DNA from: Paragordius varius | Taxonomy: Eukaryota > Animalia > Nematomorpha | Length of the DNA: 64,000 bases | Assembly (NCBI GenBank): GCA_964247055.1 | Contig: OZ176052.1 | Coordinates: forward strand, 2,046,001 to 2,110,000 | Reading direction: 5' to 3' | Shown: positions 20,803-32,800 of the stretch, piece by piece | How positions within the stretch are numbered: the first letter of the stretch is position 1 | Layout: the number at the start of each line of letters is the position of its first letter | Made by a program: the position numbers and the translations under genes | The notes under the pieces: model-generated | Database searches by the model: none | Seen by the model: only the letters and a program-made list of their open reading frames with translations | What the model was told of the DNA's origin: nothing

Positions 20803-23800
20803 CAATTATTTTTCGGCTAATAAGCGAGTCTCACTTTATTATTAAGTACCTTTTGATCAAAAAACCAACATGAATTTTTTTCAACTAACATATATTTTAT
20901 TGAATTTAAGTAGTACCCATTTTAATAATTTATAATTTGGTTAAATTGGATTAAATAGTTTTACTTGTGTGGAATGATATTCCCCAAACTGAGATTGTTT
21001 AGTTACCAACCAATGTGCAACTTTTGCAGCCACATCCATCCTTTTAATTTTCATTAGAGTAAGTAAATTATATCCAGTCATTTCTATGCTCTCCCTCTCA
21101 TTATTACCAATCTGTGCCTTCCAATACAATTGATCTAATAAAAGGAAGCAGCAAATAGCTAAAAAAGTATTTATTTATTTTTAATTTAAATTTGGAAAAA
21201 TTTCACATCGCTTTCCAAAGATTTATGAAGACGATTATTTAATATAGCAGTTTTTCTACGAATAGGTGTTGAAGTTTAAAATCGTAGAAATGTGGGTAAT
21301 GTTAGATAAAAAAGTATATATTTATATGAAGCTCTTTTTATAAAATTGTAAATCTACGTATTAACAATTGCAATTTGAGATGTTAAACCAGTAAAATATA
21401 TTTTTTTTTAATTACATTATTATTAAGAAAAAATATATTAAATCCGGAAAAAATTAATTATAATTATACTTTGATAGACTGTTCCTATGCTAATTATATA
21501 ATTTATGCATTCATTAGCAATTGGTTTTTCGGCCAATGCCAAGCAGTAACAAACGATAGCCAATTTGTAGGAATGTACTTCCGAACCCTGTAAGTCTGGA
21601 AGAGATTTCTCCAAATATCTCAAACTTTTTTCGATAACAGATGTTAGGTTGTTATTGATTTCCTATTTTAGATTTATTATAAGATATGACTTAAAATATA
21701 AAAAAGTGTATTTTGTTTGTAAATTAAATAATAATAAATATAGGTTTTTAGAAAATATATAATAAATACCTTAATGCGATGGATATTTTCCAACAATGAT
21801 ATAACCACAAACGCGGTTAAAGAAATGGGGGTTTTTGCATCGAATCCCTTAAAAGATAAATTTGAAACAAGCAATAATTATGTCAAATATATCAAAGTAC
21901 AAAGTATATATTTGTTAATTTAAATATTTTAGATTTAATAATTTTTTATGACGCAAAAATGACTTGTATAGATTGCAACAAAAGCGTTCCATCTTCTGCA
22001 AAAGATCCATCCTCCTTTTGTCTGGATATTAACCATTCTATACCGCGTTCAATTATTTTGCTATCGATATATATGTAGGGTGTGGCTTGATTAAACAATT
22101 TACAGACAAATGCTGTTAACCTATAGTGTATAAGATAAATATTATGTAAATGAATATTGTCTTATCAATATAATTGATCAAGTATCCAATTTTTCGATTT
22201 TTAAAATTACAAAAACTTAATAATATCTTTAAGTGTGAATCAAAAAAATTACGGATCTGAATTTAAAACATTTAAATTACTCAAACATAGCATTTAAAAA
22301 AGTTTAAAAAAGATGCTGACTAGTGTTTTTTCAAATAAAGTTACCATGTGCTAGGAATATTATGAGCACTTGTTGGTAAAATTAAAGTCGAATTATCATC
22401 ACTTTTTAGAAGGGCGGGGTCTTGACCTATGGGTGGAAATGTAGCGAAAGATCCATCGGTCCGTTGAAATCCTAATTCTATGGCATAACCTAGAACGAAA
22501 TAAAATATATTAATTTTCAAATGTCGGTTTTTGTATTAAATATTTGGAACCATAACAATATATTTAATTCAAGTCTTTGATTCTAAATACAGTGAAATTC
22601 TTGTTTAAACTAAATAAAAATTATGATCATAGATTATAGTAAGTTATAGGAAATTGGTATTTTCCAAATAAAAGCAATATCAACCAAAACACTTTTTAAA
22701 AAAAACGGTAAAAATGCACAAATCTTAACACTAATTAAGCGATATCGATATTCATTATATATATATATATTATAATTTAGTTTTTTTATATAAATATTAC
22801 CCTTTTGTAAAAACATTTGTGCTTTTTGTCGAAAACTATCTTCAGCTTGATGTGTTGCGGTAAGATACCGAACAACATATACCAATGGTCCAAAATAAAC
22901 CAAGTTTTGTTCCGCACATCCGGTGGGCATAAAATCAAGAAATTTTTCTTGTGTAAATCCATTTATGACTGGGCCTAATACATCCCCTAAACAATATTTG
23001 CATAAAAAATATAGATTATAGTAATAAACACCAGTGGATTTCTTTAGTTATATATTACATTAAGTTTAATAGTTTTGCTCTAAAATATAAAGCTAGTTCT
23101 CATATGAAAAACGATCAACCCAATCGATTTTGAAAAGCAAAAAAACTCTTATAATTTTGAATACCATGTTTTTAAAACACCATTAAATACTTCTGGCTTA
23201 TGATTAAACACCTATAAATGTATGCTAATTGGAATATGGATCTCATCGGCGATAAATATAATTATATTAAGCATTTTTAGTTTAACAGCAAGATTAAACA
23301 TAAATAGATATATATAAGATAGGAACCGGTCATACCCGTAATGGCTACACCAATTTCCAAAGACCCTTCCATAATATTGGGTGGATAAATTAAGGTAAAT
23401 GCCTTTTCATAATACATTGTTTCTTGAGCCAAACTGCATTTTGAACCTTGTTTTAGGTCTAAAAACAAGCTATCTGTGATAATGTGTGCCAGTCCTCCTA
23501 ACTATTAAAAAGTTAAAATAAAAGATTTTACCATTCAATAAATATAAAAAAAAGAGTTGAACCCTATTCTAATTTTATGTAAAAATTATTAATTGATAAT
23601 ATAGTGTGGTTATCAGCATCTTGATTATATATGATTCTATATTTTAAAAAATCTAATTTTGATAACATTAGTGCCTATTTTATATATACCATTTCCCAGT
23701 CTAAATAAACGTTTTCCCAGTCAATCGAAACATTTTCCCAATCAATCGAAACGTTTTCCCAGTCAATCGAAACGTTTTCCCAATCAATCGAAACGTTTTC

Positions 23801-26800
23801 CTAGTCAATCGAAACTTTTTCCCAGTCAATCAAAACATTTTCCCAGTCAATCGAAACGTATTCCCAATCAATCGTAACATTTTCCTAATCAATAAAAACG
23901 TTTTCCCAGTCAATAAAAACGGTTTTATTTTTGATGATAAAATATCAAAACAGGAATATAAAAATAACTTTTAATCATTATCAGCGTAATATTGGATATT
24001 ATTTTAATATTAACACAATCATTGAAGGACAAATTTTCCAAGTTTATTCCAGTGTACAATCATTAATGACTTATTCTTTAAAGGTTATATTTTTGCATTT
24101 GAGATGTTTTTAAGATAATGTTTTTTATTTTATCAATGGTTCGCAGTAATATTTCCAGAACGCTTTACAACTGTTTTTAAATATGTTAAGTTTATCGTTA
24201 AAAATACTGTCGGAAAAAACATCTAAACAAAAAATATTTTTTTGATAAATGTTTTTTATTTAAAAATATTTAATAAAATAGGATATTTGATTAAAACAAG
24301 GGTGTCCAACTAAATGCTTCTCGCTTTAACTCAAATACACCGTTCAGCATTCGAAAATACGGGCATTAACATAATTTTTCAATTTGACATATTAAAATAC
24401 AATCACATTATAATAATTTTTTTAATTCGCTCCCAATTTAATAGGCTCATTCAGAATAATTGCGTAAGAATTATGAATATTGCTAAGATTTTGGGGCCAT
24501 ATTTTTGCATATAAATTTCCTAATTTTTCGCGGGCCGCATAAAGATACTCGGAAGGCCCCCTTCGATGAACCAAATGATAAATATTATATTAGGGTAAAA
24601 TATATGTTTAAAATCCAATTTGAGGTGTTAAATGACCTTTGAGAGAAAAATGGTATATTTTTATAAATTTTATTATTTCATTCGTAAATATAGATATATG
24701 TTAGCCGCACATATTAGCGAACCATCGATTAAATTAAAAATATTATTTTAAAAACATCTCAAATTCCAAAAATATAACCTTTAAAGAATAAGTCATTAAT
24801 GATTGTGCACTGGAATAAACTTGGAAAATTTGTCCTTCAATAACTGTGTTTATATTAAAATAATATCCAATATTACGCTGATAATGATTAAAAGTTGTTT
24901 TTATATTCTTGTTATGATATTTATCATTATAAATAAAACCGTTTTTATTGACTGGGAAAACGTTTTTATTGATTGGGAAAATGTTTCGATTGACTGGGAA
25001 AACGTTTCGATTGACTAGGAAAACGTTTCGATTGACTGGGAAAATGTTTCGATTGACTAGGAAAACGTTTCGATTGACTGGGAAAATGTTTCGATTGACT
25101 AGGAAAACGTTTCGATTGATTGGGAAAATGTTTCGATTGACTGGGAAAACGTTTATTTAGACTGGGAAATGGTATACGTACCTACAAAATAAAGTTAAAG
25201 CCAACCACCTCTTTCTTAAATTATGTTAGCACCAGTCCACTTATCTAGACCACTTTTCTCGAAAAACGCTGCACCCTTTTGAAAGGAAACTGAAATTAAA
25301 TGAATTTACACTAGATAAAAACTCTGTATGAATATGTTAACTAATTTACAGCGTTTATGATGTTGGATATTATTAAAATTTAATAAAAAAACATTATTAC
25401 CTTAACTTCAAACGTTTTGATGGAAGAATCTGTTGCAAGGTGACTTTGGCTATCAACATACAACTCGATTGTTCCCAATACAATCGGTTTAATCGGAAAT
25501 AATAATATACCGCTACCATTTGGTTTGATCTAGATATAAATTTTTAAAATTATTTAGCGCCTAAAAAGATAAAAACTAAGTTTTTAATTTACATATGGTA
25601 TAGTCCCCTTTCTAACTCCTGATCTTCCACTGCCGTCTTTGAGAATGTTTTCGAATTGGGGTGAATTCCGTAATTCAACCAAAATCTGCAGGTTTTATAT
25701 TGAAACTTAAAGCGAAATTTAATTTATTATCATTTTAAATTTTTTTGATAAAATAATAAAAGGTAAATAAATTTGAAATCGAAGAAAAGTAATTCGACAC
25801 CAAGTTAAATGCTTTTTTTGTTCAAACAAGGTACTTTGGACAAAATCGGTTGCATATAAACAGTTTTTTAGCTTAAAAACGGTACAGCTCAAAACATATT
25901 AGTTTAATATCGATCCTACATAGGTATGTGTTTTACGTTTAAGCTAATTTTCCAATTCAAAAAAAGTATATAGTTAAATAAAAATGGTGCGGTAACAAAT
26001 ATTCTATAATTAATTTTTTTTAATTTAAAAATTTTAATGTATAACAAAACTGTTGTATACAGTAATTATTTTAGATATTGTTTAATAAAAATTGACTAAA
26101 AATGGAGAAAAAATTAAAATTATACTGATTTTAATGGTATTGTCCCATAATTGAAAACAGTGACTTGAATAACCACAACTTCACCAAGAATGACATAAGT
26201 TGGAGCTTTTACATGCGTAAAAAATGTCGAAAATACTTGAGCCTATATCAAAATATTTTGATTGAATTTTGATATTTATTTCATTTTATTTAATTTTTTA
26301 AAATAGGATACCGTAGTAATTGGTGCAATTCCTAAGCCATAAGCCGGATGTATGGAGAAAATACTCGTAATCCAATGCGTTAAGTAGTCTGGTGAAATTT
26401 CCTTTATGCTAACTTCACCGTTTTCGTTTCTATTACAGTAAAAATTGAAATTATAATACGGACAAAACTTGAAAATATAAAGAAAAATATTTTTTTCAAA
26501 AAGACAAATATACTTTTTTTTAATTTTTTTAAATATAACTCATTGTTTTAAACTACAAAATATAATATAGAATTGGTAGCACAATTAATAATTGTGTATT
26601 TTACGATTGTAATAAAATCTTTTTTATAGGATAAATTAAGTTTTAAAAAAGTATGGTTGTTTTTTAAAAAAAACATATCTTTATATTTTTACATTTTGTC
26701 CGTATGATTTCAAATTTTACTGTAAAAATGTTATTTAGTGAAGTTTAACGAATAAAGAAAACAAATAAAAATTTATTTGACAAATAATACGTGTTTTGGC

Positions 26801-29800
26801 AAGTCCAAATCCATGTATCAGGAAAATATTTCCGAACATATCCCAGTTCTTCTGTCAAACCTCCAATACTTACAAAAGGGTGATGTGTGCAATCTTGAAT
26901 GCATTTACTAGGAAAAGAAAAAAAAACATATTTTTTTCATAAAATCCTAGGCAGATAAAAGAAAGGATTCATTTACAAACGATAACTTAAATCTAAGCCA
27001 GGGGTGTCCAACACAAATGGCTATGTGGGCTTTTATAAATATTTTATAAGATTAAAAATATAAGTAAAATGAAACACAATATACTATTTTTTAGTGTTCG
27101 TTTCCAATTATATATACTTATTCAAAAAATTTGTTTTAAGAAATATCAATTTCACTAATTCGCGAGCTGCATAGAATGACTCAGGGCGTGTTGGCACACT
27201 CCTGATCTTACCCCTAAAAATATACTTGTTAAGGGGTGTTATATTAATTTTTTCACTGCTCCGGCCCACAGAAAAATCTGCATCTGTAAAAACGAATAAG
27301 CCAGCTTGATCAATGATAGCTGCAGGATCTTTTCCACCGATGGCTAAGTAATTTGATTTTGTTTTATCAAATAATTGTGCCAATTGAAATGCCCCATACG
27401 TTGTATCGAATTGTGAAATGGCCAAATTTATCTATAAATCCATTAATATATACCATTTACACCTCATATTCTCCTTTGAACATTTTGGATTTACTCATGA
27501 GTATTTCAAATTCACCCCCTTTGCATTTTAAATCACCCTATAAATAAAATATGTTTGGGGCTAATTAATAAGAAAATATCCTTAGACATGGTTTGATATT
27601 CTCTATTGTGTTAATTTTATTGAAAATTTCAATGAGGTATTTATTGATATTCACAAACATCAAATACATTTTAGGGACAAATTGAAATGTTTAAGGGTGA
27701 TTTATAATGCTTTAGAATGAATCGAACTGTCCAAAGGGAAATTTAAATTGCAAAATATATATATAAACTGGTCCAGATATATAAAAAGAAAGTATCATAA
27801 GTTTGATTAAAGGTAAAAAATATTCACAAAAAAAGTTAAAATGTTTTGTTTTACATCAAACGGTGTGACATCATAGTGATTACTGTAGATCTCTAGACGC
27901 TTATCGAGTGCCAATATGCACACAAGAGAATCAGGATTGCTTTTAATTTTTAATTCTGTTTCCGTGTGCGGCGGGATCACAGGCGGATCATAAACTGCTT
28001 CAACCTGAAAATACATATTAGAAATGAAAATATTTTGCGATGTATTAAACAACATTTTTGTCCAACTTTTTATTTCAAACATATTTATCAAAGTTTAAAC
28101 CCCATTTTTAAAAGCGCCATCGACTCGAAAGTTTATAGCATCCACAATCAATTCTTGATCTTGTATGAAGAATGCAATTATACGCGAAATTGGAATCATA
28201 TCGGCCGTTATTGGAACGTAAAAAGTCATAAAATTCTTTCCTCCCACATATATTCCCCCGTTGTGAACTATGGTTCCCCTCGATAATACCTTTAAAATAA
28301 TTTTAAAAAAACTGACATTAAAATTTTTTTATGTAAAAGAAATGATGGCTTTTTGGAAAATAAACACTAAGGTTTTGGGTTTGATTGGTTATGTCATTAC
28401 TGACTGTGACCGCCTATAAAAATAATTGGTCCAAAACTTTTAAACATAAATTTACATATTTATAATATAAATGAATGGTTAAGTTTGAATTTATTGTTGT
28501 ATAAATTGTAAAATTATAAAATTTTATCAAATATGCATTAGTTGTGATTACTATTACTATTAAAACTATAAAATCAATTTGAAAAGTAGACTTTTTTTCG
28601 GTTTAATAGTAACATTTATTTTACTGCATTCATAAGCAGAACTCTATAATCAAAACTCATCTAAAAAATATTCCATTGAAAAATACATTTTTAATCGGAG
28701 TTTTTTATATAAAACACAAAAAAAATAAATTTTTTTGGTTAAAAATGTCTCTGTTAGATTCAAAATACCATGTAAAACACTTCATGCATTGGATGTGTGC
28801 AACGAATTTCAAATGTGCCAACTTCGTTAACACCCATATTCTGCGACAATAGGTTTAGGGATAAAAATGTATTGCTGTAAGATTCCTGTATCTGATTAAT
28901 TTTCATCAGGGTTGATATAGTACGGGACTCAACTGTAATTTCAGCCTTCATTTATAAGAAAATATATTATAAAATGCTACATAATATATATGGTATATAA
29001 TAATTTTTCAGCAGAAACTAGTAAGAATGAAATTATACAGACATATTCTAACAACTAAAAGACAACTATTTTTTAAAAAAGACAACCATACTTTTTCAAT
29101 CTTTATTTTCCCACATAAACTATTTAATTACAATTTTTATGTATGAGTATATCAACAATTTACATCTCTATTCCCTTTGTAACCGAAATCTAAGTTATGT
29201 ATGAAATATCAAGATTATAAAATATAGTTGGTCTTTTTCAAATATTTTTTTAAGTGTTATCCGTATTTAGAAAAAAATGTTGACAAAAACCTTTATAACA
29301 AGCGTCAAAATTTCTTGAGGTATAGATATTTCAAAAACGACCATTCCACTATCATCAATGGTATATTCTTTGGTAAAAAATGGTTTAGACTCTGAACCTC
29401 CACTTGCTTGTATGGTTAACCGTTTATCCTCATAATTTGGTAATGGGGCATTATCTGGTCTAAGCACTGATACCTATATATAGTTATGATTTAGTCCCCA
29501 TATGCCTTAAAAAGCTTATCCGCATTTAAAAAAATATAATTGTTCTAATATAACTAATAAATGTTCAATTTAGTAAAATATAATTATTTATTATAATAAA
29601 TATATAATAAGAGTAATTTTAAATATTTTTATTGTTATTTGTTTATGTATAATTAACTTTATAATTACAATAAATAATAAATATACGGACAAAAGGTAGA
29701 AACATAAGTACAATTTCATAAGGCTGTTGTACATTTTACACTTAATTTTTTTAATGTAACTCATTGTTATGTATATTGGTAACACAATTCTATGTATGTA

Positions 29801-32800
29801 TTACAATTGTAATTAAATAATTTATATCAAAATATTGTCTTTTAACAAAAATATTTGTCTTTATATTTTTACGTTTTGTCTGTTATAAATGTGCAATCTT
29901 ACATGGCCAATATATGGTAATCCTGGTTTAAATGTTGTGGGGTTATTCGAAGAAAATGATAAAATTAAGGGATGTATGTAAAATTTGGTGACAGCAAATT
30001 CATCATTTTGTATTTTAGTTGCTTCATCAATGACAGAAATGTGTAAATTTAATATGGCCCCTTCTATGTCAGGGCATATTTTATCTAATATTGACCATTC
30101 CAGCGCGAAATCATTTAAACCATTCTAAATCGAAAAAAAATATCTGAGAAAAGCAAAATTAAAAATATATCTGGATTTCTCTATACAGTCAAACTTCTGT
30201 TTATGCGGTAACGGGACGACCGCATAATAAAAGGTTAGTCATATTTTTAAGTTCAGATACATTTATCGACTATTTCTGTTAGCATTAAATGCAAAAAAAT
30301 GCCAAAAATCGCTTAAAAAAGTTTAAATAAACTCTACGTTAAATAACACATGAATTAAATGCGTTTGTCACTCCACCATTATAGATAGGTGGATCAACTG
30401 ATAAATATATTTAAATATTTTAACAAATACCAAATACTGTTACTAAAAAAAACAAATAAAATTAAATTACTATTTTGGTTATAATATATAATTTATTATT
30501 TTATTTGAACGGATATGTATTCTTTGAATATATAGAATTCACTTAATTTGAATTCTTTCACAATGTCTGTATATAATAAGCAATTTCTCATTCAGAAGGT
30601 TTATATTGTTGACATATTTAGTGGTTTCCATAATGACTGCCGACCCTTAAGCTGGAAAATATATAATATCTAGTTTTATGGCTTTTTTGAAACGCAAATA
30701 TTTCTGTTTTTTTTAAATTAATTTGGTTAATTTGGATGTGGCATATTCTGATTTTGTCAAACTCTATTTTAGGTATTTAAACGCCCGTTTCAATTTTAGT
30801 GATTGTGTTCTCATTTGGATTAAATTTGGTTTTGAGGCTATTACAGCCTCGTGAAAGTATGGATGTTAGGTTGTTGTCTTAAGGTTGTCGTCTAAAGGTT
30901 GTTTTAAGTTAGATGAATAACAGTTTCCACAATTATTTTTTCTGATGTTAAATCTTGCAACGAATTTCATTCCAAAAGAGAAAAACATCATCACTAAAAT
31001 CGAAACAGATATTCAGTAATTTCTCAAACTAGAAGTTGACAAAAATTAGAATGGAATCTCATAGATATTACAGCCAAACTACCCTCACAAATTACCCAAA
31101 AGCAGAAATGATTGTTCTTTTAAAAAAGCCATAAAATACCCTAATTATATGTTTTCCAGCTGATAAAGGCAACCAGAGTTTATAGAAACCACTGATTAAC
31201 TATATGAACACTCTCCTCAATTATTATTTATTAGAAACAAATCACATTTTTATTGGAATCATTCAATATTCAATAATATTAGAGATATTATAATCATTTA
31301 AGCTATTGCATACAAATTTCCTAGTAATATTTAAAGTTCTACCATTAAATCAACATCTTTAACAATTTTTTCGTTTGAACAATTGTTAGTTTCAGTGTTT
31401 TGAAACCAAGCAGTTAAAACGCCTTGCCCATGAACTCTTTTACCAAACTTATAAAGGGCTTCGATTGTCCCCACAACATCGTTACCAATGATTTGGTATA
31501 TAGCAACTTCCAGTTTTACTTCGAATACCGGTAATTCTAAGGCAAAATTTGTGATTTTATTTTAAATAAGTATGTCATATAATCAGAAATAATAGTTTTT
31601 TCATCTATCAAACACCACACCAATGGAAAAAGCAGAAAACAGTTTTAATTATAATTAATTTATTTTTTTAATAAGTGTATTAACATAGCATTAAGAGCAG
31701 GGTGTTTTCTGATATATGAATAATTAATTTAAAATTTTATATTCAACTGCTTACGAATATCATTGACTTCAAACGTTTTTGAAACTTCATGTTCGCCCTA
31801 AAAAAATTAAAGAATATAATTTGAAAAATTAGTTTAGATACTTCACCTCAATATAAGCATGTACACTCCATTTCCCAATCATTGGTTCGTGGCCCAGAAC
31901 GAATTCTTTAGTTATAACCCCTATAAAACATAGATAAATAATTTGTTTTATAAGTATTATATAAAAAATTATCATCGAAAATTTTCCGAAAAAATAAGGT
32001 TGTAACTCAAATTCAACAAATCTTTGGAAATTAAAATAAGTTACCATCAAATTTTAAAATATCAAATCAATCATAGTTAATAAATATAAATTTTCATTTA
32101 CCATAATCCGAACTTTCCGCTAACCATTGAGCTACTCTATTACGCTGGGCATTTTCAACATAAATATCGACGTCCCCTTTATATGGGGTTAAATCCGGTA
32201 ATACGCTGATAACTCTAAAGTTGACTACACAATTTAAAATGAATTTAGATAGTTTATTGCCATATTTATACATAACATGATGAAAAATATAATACAAGAA
32301 CTTAAAATATTTACAGCAAACATTAAAATTATACGGACAAACGTAAATTTTAAAAGAAAGACAACAATACACTTTTTAAATTTGATATATCCTACGTAAT
32401 TTTATATAATCTTAAAATATATAATTGAAGGTAATACCATTTTCTTTCTATTCACTATTTTGCAACCCAAAATTATGAGTTATATTTAAACAGGGTTAAA
32501 AAAGTGAGGTTGTCTTTTAATTTTAATTTTTATACATATTTTCAATTTTTACTGTATTATAAGTCAGTGTACCTATTTGATCACTCATATAATACGATTT
32601 ATCCAGTTGTATAAATAGGGCAGCAGTAAGTGGGCTTAATATTAATCTTTTCCTCTCCAGAGGTATGGCGGATTTAGAGCGGGTGGTCTTTACACCTTTC
32701 GGCTGGTAGGAAATTTTTAAATCATAATAGATGTCCGGATCAACCGATATGGGAATCTACAAACAAATTTTATAATTTATTTTGCAATTTAGTTTAGATA

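Noticed and set aside
23659-25160. Repetitive ORFs (FPSQSKR / GKTFRLT / IDWENV) and CRISPR-like appearance of the 21-bp arrays
   Set aside because: Translations of tandem TIR repeats. The units are contiguous with no unique spacers, there are no cas genes, and the DNA is eukaryotic.
25182-25289. AG/GT-bounded 108-nt segment in the TEP intron that looks like an exon
   Set aside because: Stops in all three frames, and the TEP reads correctly from 25401 to 23501 without it
27108-27225. 3' part of track ORF 27108-27425 as constitutive coding sequence
   Set aside because: It runs into the hAT-like TIR, and a phase-2 GTATAT donor at 27225 suffices (kept only as a possible alternative donor)
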